From Pseudomonadota bacterium (GTDB taxonomy: Bacteria; Pseudomonadota; Alphaproteobacteria; Rickettsiales; RGZB01): a stretch of DNA of 64,000 nt. A program made the position numbers and the translations under genes. Below the pieces are notes generated by a model that saw only the letters and a list, made by a program, of their open reading frames with translations, did no database searches and had not been told where the DNA came from. Shown piece after piece: positions 56,098 to 64,000 of the stretch. Location: the NCBI GenBank assembly GCA_010031735.1, contig RGZB01000003.1, positions 2,259-66,258 of the forward strand. Reading direction: 5' to 3'. The stretch's first letter is position 1. The number at the start of each line of letters is the position of its first letter.

Positions 56098-56868
56098 TTA
56101 TACCCTTGCGCCGCGTGCAATAAAATACCCATTTTTAAAATCGGGCTTGCCGTAGGTGAATGGCGCACCCTCTAGCGTGCAAACACTGCCTCCCGCTGCT
56201 TCTAGAATGGCGTGCGCTGCGGCTGTGTCCCATTCCATCGTCGGACCCATACGCGGGTACACATCCGCACCACCCGCTGCGATCACGCAGAACTTCAGTG
56301 AGCTTGCCGCCGAGATCAACTCTTTCACCTTGAGCGTCTTGATATAGGCGTCGGTTTCCGGTGTGCGGTGTGAGTGGCTTGCTACCACTACCACACCATC
56401 TTTGGCCGGCGAACGAACCTGGATTTTGCGTGGTTTTGGATGGTTATACATCTTCTGATACGCAGCCCCGTCATCGCCTGTGTAATACATATCGCCTTTG
56501 ACCGGCACATATACCACGCCCATCACCGGTTTCTTCTCTTCGATAAGGCCGATATTCACCGTGAATTCGCCGGTTTTTTTAATGAAACTTTTGGTGCCAT
56601 CAAGGGGATCCACGAGCCAGAACCGGTTCGGCAACTCAGAAAAGTGCAAAAAAGCATCATTCTCTTCGGAAATAATCGGGATATCCGGCGTAAGTTTCTT
56701 CAATGCGTTCGTGATGATGGTATGGGCAGCGATATCCGCATCGGTTACGGGCGAGTTATCGGCTTTGATTTCAATCGAGACCACGCCTTCATAATGTTTT
56801 AGGATGGCATCCCCTGCTTGTTTGGCGATATCCACGAGCGCAGAGCTTAAAGCGCGATAATCCGTCAT
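56098..56868 (-). CDS. cysQ: 3'(2'),5'-bisphosphate nucleotidase
   Basis: Inositol monophosphatase fold motifs ISEEN, WLVDPLDGT and WDTAAAHAIL. I prefer the internal Met (MTDYRAL, 56868) over the track start at 56919. Confidence 0.85.
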   Translation of the reverse strand: MTDYRALSSALVDIAKQAGDAILKHYEGVVSIEIKADNSPVTDADIAAHTIITNALKKLTPDIPIISEENDAFLHFSELPNRFWLVDPLDGTKSFIKKTGEFTVNIGLIEEKKPVMGVVYVPVKGDMYYTGDDGAAYQKMYNHPKPRKIQVRSPAKDGVVVVASHSHRTPETDAYIKTLKVKELISAASSLKFCVIAAGGADVYPRMGPTMEWDTAAAHAILEAAGGSVCTLEGAPFTYGKPDFKNGYFIARGARV

Positions 56869-57065
56869 TTTTATCCTATGGATTGGAGTAACCCGCAAAA
56901 AATAGCACGTATCTGGCAAAATAGGCTATTAAAATTATGAAAACGCTTGAGAAATCATAAAAAAAGGTTAGTAAATAGGCGAACCTTTTGGCGACCCACG
57001 ATTACGCCTTATAGGCTTTAGGTTTTTTTGCATCATTTTAGCGCAAAACGGAGTGCATTCTTTCC

Positions 57066-60000
57066 ATGAAATCCTCGCACAAACTGCCCAATCAGAAAAT
57101 CATCGAATCCATTCTCTCAGTGAAGCCGAAAACGGCAGGGAAGAAAGCGGATTCGCATTTCGAAGTGTTCGTACGCGAGTTTTATCATGGTGTGTCGGAA
57201 GAATTCCTCTCTTCCCGTAAAGCCGAGAATTTAAGCGAGGCGGCACACGACCTCTGGCAGTTCATCCAGAACCGTGGCAGCGGCAAATTCAAAGTACGCG
57301 TGCACAACCCATCCTGGGATTCACAGCGCAGCGTCTTAGAGATCCTGGTCGATGATTCGCCGTTCCTGATCGACTCCATCTCCGCCACCCTCAATCAGCT
57401 GAACTTACGTATTTACCAGATCATCCACCCGGCGCTCAAGGTCAGCCGTGATAAATCCGGCGTACTGCAATCCATCGCGAATGAGAAAAACAAAGACGGC
57501 AGCGGCACGGTCGAAGCCATCATGCATTTCCAGATCAGCTTCATCGCCGATAAAAAAGAACAGCAATTCGTACAAGACCAGATCTCCTATGCACTCGAAG
57601 CGGTCGGCTACGCCGTACAAGATTGGAAACCGATGCTTGCCGTGGTGCAGGACACCGTGGCAGAGCTGGAGAATGCACCTGCTTCCATGGGCAAGGACAA
57701 TGTGCGAGAGCTGCAGGAGTTCTTCCGCTGGGTGGCCGATAACCACTTCACATTCCTCGGTATCTGTGATTACGACTTAAACGGCAAGAAAACAGCGGAT
57801 GCCAACCAGATCACCGCCATCGAGAAATCAGCGCTCGGTATTTTCCGCATGCATTATCCGTCCGATGCCGATGCAAAGAAAATGGTGAAAGGTACGGAAA
57901 CGCTCACCCAAACGATCCTGCCATCGCATGACCTCGTCAATTTCTCCAAATCCAACCGCAAATCCATCATCCACCGCCCGGTGCACATGGATTACATCGG
58001 CATCAAATTATTCGATAAAAAAGGCAACATCATCGGCGAGCGCCGCTTCCTCGGCCTCTATACCTCTTCGGTGTATTACCAATCTGCAACGCTGATCCCG
58101 ATCATCCGCAAGAAGATGGATTACGTGCTGAACCGCGCAGGTTTCAAACCGACCAGCCACGATGGTAAAGAACTCGTCACTATCTTAGAGAATTACCCGC
58201 GGGACGAAGTGTTCCAGATCAATCAGGAACAACTCTTCGACATCTGTATAGGTGTCATCGAACTCGCGAAGCGTCCGCGCGTGCGCATGTTCGTGCGTAT
58301 GGATAAATTCAACCGTTTCGCGAGCTCCATCGTCTATATCCCACGCGAACGCTTCAACACACAGGTGCGCGAGAAGATCCAAGCGATCTTGGAACGCTCC
58401 TTCAAAGGCAGCGTCATCGATCATTACACGCAGGTGACCGATTCCCCGCTTGCCCGTATCCACGTCATCATCAAAACCGATGCGGTGTCGAAAACAGCGA
58501 ATATCTCCGATATCGAGAAACAGATTCTGGAGGTCACCAACAGCTGGGTCGATGGCCTCCGCGAAACGCTCGTCAATTTCGTCGGTGAGCGCGAAGGCGA
58601 ACAGCTTTTCCGTGAATACGGCAATGCGTTCCCGACCCCCTACGCTGCGCGCTACCATTTCGGCGGTACTTATAAAGACATCCAGAAGATCGAAGAAGCC
58701 TTAAGCAAGAATTCGCTCGCACTGGATCTGTACAAACTTGAGCAGAGCAAAGAAGAGCACTACCACCTGAAGATTTTCCATCCGGAATCGCAGGTGACAC
58801 TCTCGAACATCCTGCCGATCTTAGAGAACATGGGCTTCCATGTGATCGACGAACTCACCTTCCTGGTGAAACCCCTGCAAGGCAAACAGACCTGGGTGCA
58901 CCATCTGCGTCTCAGGATCGATGTGAAGCCGAGTGCGGTGGCACAGCAGGCGACCCAAGACCAGATCGCGTACATGAAGAGCATTAAACAAGAGTTTGAA
59001 GCAGCGCTCTCCAAAATCTGGCACAAAGAGATCGAAGACGACCAGCTCAACATGCTGGTCATCAAAGCCGGCATGAAATGGCGTGAGGTAGCACTGCTGC
59101 GCTCCTTCGCACGCTATATCCACCAAACCGCATTCGCCTACCGCTACGATTTCATCGCGGAAGCACTTTCCAACCACCCGATCCTGTCGAGCAAACTCTT
59201 CACGCTCTTCAAGGCGCGTTTCGCCCCGGGCATGGATAAGATGCGCGAAAGCACGGTGAAAGAAGTGCTTAAAACCATCGATAGCTCGCTTGCGACCGTC
59301 ACGAACGTCGCGGAAGACCGTGTGATCCGCCAATGTATGGATACGATCATGGCGACCCTCCGCACCAACTACTTCCAGACGGATGAGAAGGGCGAGTTCA
59401 AGAAATATATCTCTTTCAAGCTCGATTCACAGAAAGCACCGGATCTGCCGCTGCCGCGTCCGTTCGTCGAGATTTTCGTCTATTCATACGAAGTCGAGGG
59501 CATCCACCTGCGCGGCGGTAAAGTCGCCCGTGGTGGTCTCCGCTGGTCGGATCGCCGCGAGGATTTCCGTACCGAGATCCTGGGTCTCATGAAGGCACAG
59601 ATGGTGAAGAACGCGGTGATCGTACCGGTCGGCTCCAAAGGGGGTTTCGTCGTAAAATACCCAACGAAATCCGGCCGTGACGTCTATATGGCACAAGGTA
59701 TCGATTGCTACAAAACCTTCCTGCGCGGTCTCCTCGATATCACGGATAATATCGAAAAAGGCAAAGTCATCCCACCGAAAGACGTGGTGCGCCATGACGG
59801 TGACGATCCGTATCTCGTGGTCGCCGCCGATAAAGGTACGGCAAGCTTCTCCGATATCGCGAATGGTGTTTCTGAAGAATATGGCTTCTGGCTCGCCGAT
59901 GCGTTCGCATCAGGCGGCTCTGCCGGTTACGATCACAAAAAGATGGCCATCACCGCACGCGGTGGTTGGGTGTCGGTTGAACGTCACTTCATGGAAATGG

Positions 60001-61928
60001 GTGTCGATATCCGTAAAGAAGAATTCACGGTAGTCGGCATCGGCGACATGTCGGGTGACGTATTCGGTAACGGCATGCTGCTCTCCAAGAACATCAGGCT
60101 GGTGGCTGCCTTCAACCATATGCACATCTTCCTCGATCCGAACCCGGATGCAGCGAAGAGCTTCAAGGAACGCGAGCGTTTATTCAATAAACCGCGCTCC
60201 ACCTGGGCGGATTATGATGCAAAACTGATCTCTGAAGGCGGTGGCATCTTCGAACGTTCGGCAAAATCCATCCCGCTTTCGAAAGCCGCGCAGAAAGCGC
60301 TTGGCACGGATAAAGCGGCACTCGCGCCGGAAGAGTTGATCAAAACGATTCTGAAAGCCCCGGTCGATCTGCTATGGAACGGTGGTATCGGTACGTACGT
60401 AAAAGCGACGAATCAATCGAACGAAGAAGTCGGCGATAAATCGAGCGATGCGGTCCGTGTCAACGGCCAAGACCTGCGCTGCAAGATTGTCGGTGAAGGT
60501 GGCAACCTCGGCTTCACGCAACTCGGCCGTATCGAATACGCGCTGAAAGGCGGAAGGCTCAACACCGATGCGATCGACAACTCCGCTGGTGTGGATTGCT
60601 CCGACCATGAGGTGAACATCAAGATCGCGCTCCGTAAAGCCGTGGAGAAAAAGAAACTCAACACCGAGAAGCGTAACGAGCTCCTTGCCGAGATGACGGA
60701 CGAAGTGGCAAAACTCGTGCTCCGCGACAACTTCCTGCAAACGCAGGCGATCACCGTGGCACAACTTCAAGGCCCGAGCATGCTTGAAGCACAGATGCGT
60801 CTGATGCGTGCACTGGAGCAGGCAGTAGGTCTGGACCGTAAGATCGAATATCTCCCAAGCGACGAAGCGATGGCACAACGCCAGGCTCTGAAACAAGGCT
60901 TAACCCGCCCAGAGCTCGCCGTCCTGCTCTCGTATAGCAAGATCGCGGTCTATAATGACATCGTGGCCTCTAATCTGCCGGACGACGAATATTACGTGAA
61001 CGACCTCAAACTCTATTTCCCAGAAGCGATGCGTAAGAAGTTCGAATCCGAGATCGAGAACCACGAACTCCGCCGCGAGATCATCGCGACCTTCGTCAGT
61101 AACAGTATCGTCAACCGCATGGGTTCGAAGTTCTTCTTCCGCATGCGCGAAGATACCGGTGTTAAAGGCTGTGATATCGCACGTAGCTACACCATCGCGC
61201 GCGATGCCTTCCAGCTTCGCAGCATGTGGTACGAGATCGAGGATCTGGCCGGTAAGGTCACGGTCGAGGTGCAGGTAAAACTCTTCCTTGCCATCAAAGA
61301 CATGGTGGAGCGTGCTGCTGGTTGGTTCCTGCGCAATTCGCCGCAACCACTGAAAGTAGCCGAACTGGTGAAGGATTTCGCGCCGGGTATCTCCGAGGTG
61401 TTTACCCATCTTGATAAGAGCATGACGCCGTCCTTGAAAGAGTCATGCGAAGCGAAACTCGCACTCTATCTCTCGCAAGGTGTACCGAAGCCGCTAGCAA
61501 CCCGTATCTCGCGCTTAGAGGTACTGTCTTCTGCCTGCGATATCGTGCAAGTGACGCGCAAGAACGGCAAACTGCCGCCGCGCATTGTCAGCGAAGTGTA
61601 TTACGCGCTCGGTTCGCGCCTGCACCTCGAATGGCTGCGTGATCAGGCCGAGAAGCTTCCGGCTTCGAGCTACTGGCAGAAACTCTCCATGCAAACCATG
61701 CTGGAAGAATTATTCGACGAACAGCGCCGCATCACGTCCGAGGTGATCAAAGTAGCTTGCAGCGACGATGTCTGCTCCGGTGCACTTGATGCATGGGAAG
61801 CGAAATGCACGAAGGTGCTCGCACGTTACGACGACTTCCTTCGCGACCTGAAGAGCTATGGCACGCTGGATTCATCCATGCTGACCGTGGCGATCAAACG
61901 CTTAAAGACGATCCACGCTAGCGCGTAA
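57066..61928 (+). CDS. gdhB: Large NAD-specific glutamate dehydrogenase (about 180 kDa class)
   Basis: 1620 aa. The catalytic core GGLRWSDRREDFRTEILGLMKAQMVKNAVIVPVGSKGGFV and IGDMSGDVFGNGML is characteristic of the bacterial giant NAD-GDH family. Confidence 0.92.
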   Translation: MKSSHKLPNQKIIESILSVKPKTAGKKADSHFEVFVREFYHGVSEEFLSSRKAENLSEAAHDLWQFIQNRGSGKFKVRVHNPSWDSQRSVLEILVDDSPFLIDSISATLNQLNLRIYQIIHPALKVSRDKSGVLQSIANEKNKDGSGTVEAIMHFQISFIADKKEQQFVQDQISYALEAVGYAVQDWKPMLAVVQDTVAELENAPASMGKDNVRELQEFFRWVADNHFTFLGICDYDLNGKKTADANQITAIEKSALGIFRMHYPSDADAKKMVKGTETLTQTILPSHDLVNFSKSNRKSIIHRPVHMDYIGIKLFDKKGNIIGERRFLGLYTSSVYYQSATLIPIIRKKMDYVLNRAGFKPTSHDGKELVTILENYPRDEVFQINQEQLFDICIGVIELAKRPRVRMFVRMDKFNRFASSIVYIPRERFNTQVREKIQAILERSFKGSVIDHYTQVTDSPLARIHVIIKTDAVSKTANISDIEKQILEVTNSWVDGLRETLVNFVGEREGEQLFREYGNAFPTPYAARYHFGGTYKDIQKIEEALSKNSLALDLYKLEQSKEEHYHLKIFHPESQVTLSNILPILENMGFHVIDELTFLVKPLQGKQTWVHHLRLRIDVKPSAVAQQATQDQIAYMKSIKQEFEAALSKIWHKEIEDDQLNMLVIKAGMKWREVALLRSFARYIHQTAFAYRYDFIAEALSNHPILSSKLFTLFKARFAPGMDKMRESTVKEVLKTIDSSLATVTNVAEDRVIRQCMDTIMATLRTNYFQTDEKGEFKKYISFKLDSQKAPDLPLPRPFVEIFVYSYEVEGIHLRGGKVARGGLRWSDRREDFRTEILGLMKAQMVKNAVIVPVGSKGGFVVKYPTKSGRDVYMAQGIDCYKTFLRGLLDITDNIEKGKVIPPKDVVRHDGDDPYLVVAADKGTASFSDIANGVSEEYGFWLADAFASGGSAGYDHKKMAITARGGWVSVERHFMEMGVDIRKEEFTVVGIGDMSGDVFGNGMLLSKNIRLVAAFNHMHIFLDPNPDAAKSFKERERLFNKPRSTWADYDAKLISEGGGIFERSAKSIPLSKAAQKALGTDKAALAPEELIKTILKAPVDLLWNGGIGTYVKATNQSNEEVGDKSSDAVRVNGQDLRCKIVGEGGNLGFTQLGRIEYALKGGRLNTDAIDNSAGVDCSDHEVNIKIALRKAVEKKKLNTEKRNELLAEMTDEVAKLVLRDNFLQTQAITVAQLQGPSMLEAQMRLMRALEQAVGLDRKIEYLPSDEAMAQRQALKQGLTRPELAVLLSYSKIAVYNDIVASNLPDDEYYVNDLKLYFPEAMRKKFESEIENHELRREIIATFVSNSIVNRMGSKFFFRMREDTGVKGCDIARSYTIARDAFQLRSMWYEIEDLAGKVTVEVQVKLFLAIKDMVERAAGWFLRNSPQPLKVAELVKDFAPGISEVFTHLDKSMTPSLKESCEAKLALYLSQGVPKPLATRISRLEVLSSACDIVQVTRKNGKLPPRIVSEVYYALGSRLHLEWLRDQAEKLPASSYWQKLSMQTMLEELFDEQRRITSEVIKVACSDDVCSGALDAWEAKCTKVLARYDDFLRDLKSYGTLDSSMLTVAIKRLKTIHASA

Positions 61929-62388
61929 AAGGTTGTAACAGCTTTTGCTTCGGTTGATCGGCCGTGCCTTTGGGCGGTGGCGGAACGTTCAGCACTCTCT
62001 CATCTTCCGGATCACGGTAGACACGCCATTTGTCCTGCTTCGGATGGATATCCGCCTCAAACCCGATCGTGCAGCGATGGTTGATGCATTGGAGCCTGCG
62101 GGCTTCCGGTGCGCATTGATATTCGCAGGTATTACACTCCTGGCGGTATAAGCGCATTTGTTGTGTGAAGTAATTCACATCGGCATCTTTATTGAGCGCG
62201 TAGTAGCAGCCGAACGGGCAACCGAATTTCACCGTCGTACAGTCTTTGTAGGTAATGCAGTAATTGGTCGCCTCAAGTTCCGCATTGATACGGTTGTAGT
62301 TGCGGTTGCAGGTCTCGTTCACCACCGCGGTCGGTTCACCCCGGCAGGAGGTTACCAACAAGAATGTGAGAAAGAGCCACCAGCGCAT
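61918..62388 (-). CDS. Cys-rich putative lipoprotein (156 aa)
   Basis: MRWWLFLTFLLVTSC carries a lipobox (V-T-S-C). The mature part has 12 further Cys residues and a Pro/Lys-rich tail. Its start abuts the ybgC stop with no gap, and its 3' end overlaps the gdh 3' end by 11 nt on the opposite strand. Confidence 0.6.
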   Translation of the reverse strand: MRWWLFLTFLLVTSCRGEPTAVVNETCNRNYNRINAELEATNYCITYKDCTTVKFGCPFGCYYALNKDADVNYFTQQMRLYRQECNTCEYQCAPEARRLQCINHRCTIGFEADIHPKQDKWRVYRDPEDERVLNVPPPPKGTADQPKQKLLQPFTR

Positions 62389-62790
62389 TTATTTATCCAG
62401 TTTTTTACGGATGCTGTCGGGAATACGCACCGGCTTCCATTCCAGATTGATGCAGACGATCGCGACTGAAAGATGTGCGGCAACCTCGTCATTCTTCATC
62501 ACGTTCTGCGTCAGCACCATGCTGCTGCCCGCAATCTTATCGAGTGTCGTCACTACATTCAGCACATCATCCAACATCGCCGGTTTCTTATAATCCACCG
62601 TGATATGACGCACCACGAACAAGACATTCTGTTTGCGCAAATCCGATTGGTTGAAGCCGAGGTCGCGGAGCCACTCCGTGCGTGCACGTTCCGCAAAACG
62701 CAGGTAATTCGCATGGTAAACGATACCGCCTGCATCGGTGTCTTCATAGTAGACGCGGTAATCGACCTGGTGTTTATGCGTCATCGACAT
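62389..62790 (-). CDS. ybgC: Tol-Pal-associated acyl-CoA thioesterase
   Basis: 133 aa with the hotdog-fold signature [26 protein letters not shown]. Confidence 0.88.
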   Translation of the reverse strand: MSMTHKHQVDYRVYYEDTDAGGIVYHANYLRFAERARTEWLRDLGFNQSDLRKQNVLFVVRHITVDYKKPAMLDDVLNVVTTLDKIAGSSMVLTQNVMKNDEVAAHLSVAIVCINLEWKPVRIPDSIRKKLDK

Positions 62791-63817
62791 TCGCCATGAG
62801 CGAGAGTTGGTCGGCCACCGTCGCCGGCACCGGCATACCGAGATGTTTGAATGCCGCGATGGTAAGCATACGTCCGCGCGGTGTGCGTTGCAGGAACCCG
62901 CGCTGGATCAGATACGGCTCGATCGTTTCTTCAAGCGCGTCGCGCTGCTCCGATAGACCTGCCGCCACGGTCTCGATTCCAACCGGTCCCCCGTTATAAT
63001 GTTCCATGATGAACTGCATATAACGGCGATCGGCACTATCAAGCCCCATCGCATCGACCTCTAAGCGCTTCAGTGCGCCATCCGCGATCTTTTTATCGAC
63101 GGCTTTGGCACCATCCACCACTGCAAAGTCCCTCACGCGTTTCAGTAACCGAACGGCGATACGTGGTGTACCACGGGAGCGGCTGGCGATTTCCTTCGCG
63201 CCATCGTCCGTTAGTTTCAGATCTAGAATCGCCGCAGCACGGCGGATCACTTCCTCGAGTTCCGACGTTTCATAGAAATTGAGGCGTACCGGGATACCGA
63301 AACGGTCACGGAGCGGGTTGGCGATCATGCCGATACGCGTCGTGGCGCCGACCAACGTGAAGCGCGGCAGGTCGATGCGGATCGAGCGTGCTGCAGGGCC
63401 TTCGCCGATGATGAGATCGAGTTTGAAATCCTCCATCGCCGGGTAGAGCACCTCCTCCACCATCGGATTCATACGGTGGATCTCGTCAATAAAAAGAACA
63501 TCGCCCGCCTGCAGGTTGGTGAGGATCGCGGCAAGGTCGCCGGCTTTCGATAAGATAGGACCTGCCGTTGCACGGAAACTCACACCCATCTCACGCGCGA
63601 TGATCTGCGCGAGCGTGGTTTTACCCAGACCCGGGGGGCCATAGAAAATAATATGGTCGAGCGCCTCGCTACGCTTCTTCGCGGCCTCGATGAATACCGC
63701 GAGGTTTTCCTTCGCTTGTTTCTGGCCGATGAATTCGCCAAGCGAAAGCGGGCGGAGCGAATTCTCTGCGCTATCTTCCTGTTGCTCTTGCGGTGCGATC
63801 ATCCGTGGTTCGGTCAT
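62774..63817 (-). CDS. ruvB: Holliday junction branch migration helicase
   Basis: 347 aa with Walker [10 protein letters not shown], Walker B LFIDEIHR, and sensor and winged-helix regions. Confidence 0.95.
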   Translation of the reverse strand: MTEPRMIAPQEQQEDSAENSLRPLSLGEFIGQKQAKENLAVFIEAAKKRSEALDHIIFYGPPGLGKTTLAQIIAREMGVSFRATAGPILSKAGDLAAILTNLQAGDVLFIDEIHRMNPMVEEVLYPAMEDFKLDLIIGEGPAARSIRIDLPRFTLVGATTRIGMIANPLRDRFGIPVRLNFYETSELEEVIRRAAAILDLKLTDDGAKEIASRSRGTPRIAVRLLKRVRDFAVVDGAKAVDKKIADGALKRLEVDAMGLDSADRRYMQFIMEHYNGGPVGIETVAAGLSEQRDALEETIEPYLIQRGFLQRTPRGRMLTIAAFKHLGMPVPATVADQLSLMANVDDA

Positions 63818-64000
63818 GATGCCAGTTCCTTAAGGCCAAAACGGATAAGATCGTCGACTTTATCAACGCCCTTCTCGCGTGCCGCACGCTGCACCGCTGT
63901 ATAAGCATCACTACGGTTATAACCGAGATTGATGAGCGCGGAGATGGCATCCGATACCGCCGCGTGCTCACCCGTCGCCACCTTGCCACCTTTGCTGGTC
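63814..64000 (-). CDS. ruvA: Holliday junction DNA-binding protein RuvA (C-terminal part only; truncated by the window edge)
   Basis: My own translation of the minus strand gives ...[44 protein letters not shown], which is a RuvA domain III. The stop TGA overlaps the ruvB ATG (ATGA). This frame is absent from the ORF track because it has no start codon inside the window. Confidence 0.85.
   Translation of the reverse strand, partial: TSKGGKVATGEHAAVSDAISALINLGYNRSDAYTAVQRAAREKGVDKVDDLIRFGLKELAS

Noticed and set aside
1-64000. Search for CRISPR arrays, IS elements, integrases, prophage blocks, rRNA genes and toxin-antitoxin pairs.
   Set aside because: I saw no regularly spaced direct repeats with unique spacers. 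I saw no transposase or integrase-like ORFs and no terminal inverted repeats. The only phage-like gene is the isolated XRE-S24 repressor.

Overview
This 64-kb window looks like chromosome from a compact alphaproteobacterial genome. Supporting cues are a short ProRS with no insertion domain, a DUF1013/TrcR-type protein, a ChpT-type phosphotransferase, argS-SPOR-nagZ synteny and a ~400-aa type-II IDH. Spot counts give roughly 50-60% GC in core genes. I call about 57 protein genes and two tRNAs (Ala-UGC, Gly-GCC). I saw no rRNA, CRISPR array, transposase or integrase. Packing is extreme: many same-strand genes abut or overlap by 1-4 nt, and seven convergent pairs end within 13 nt of each other or overlap. 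Housekeeping content includes lolC, proS, phaC, an AlaC-like aminotransferase, hom, glpX, recJ, hldE, nagZ, argS, dgt, erpA, xthA, gatCAB, a ubiH-family hydroxylase, icd, cysQ, a 1620-aa NAD-GDH, ybgC and ruvAB. The less ordinary content, in window order, is:
- two adjacent proline-rich putative lipoproteins, one with a formin-FH1-like polyproline tract
- a 640-aa glycine-zipper membrane protein with a small partner ORF
- a Fur-box-controlled imelysin/DUF1111 iron operon carrying a low-GC 88-aa insert
- a five-gene Mrp-like cluster (B-C-D-D-D) with no A/E/F/G subunits, divergent from a DUF4139 protein
- a che operon headed by a ChpT-like histidine phosphotransferase next to a CheA-receiver hybrid
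- a CI/LexA-like repressor plus a small self-contained transcription unit with phased direct repeats
- a DUF2610-like P/Q-rich protein followed by a 747-aa acidic orphan
- an RTX beta-roll protein with no secretion genes nearby
- a low-GC acyltransferase beside tRNA-Gly
I cannot point to one unambiguous novel system. The ChpT-like/CheA-REC relay and the BCDDD Mrp-like cluster are my best candidates. All family assignments come from motif recognition by eye; no searches were run.
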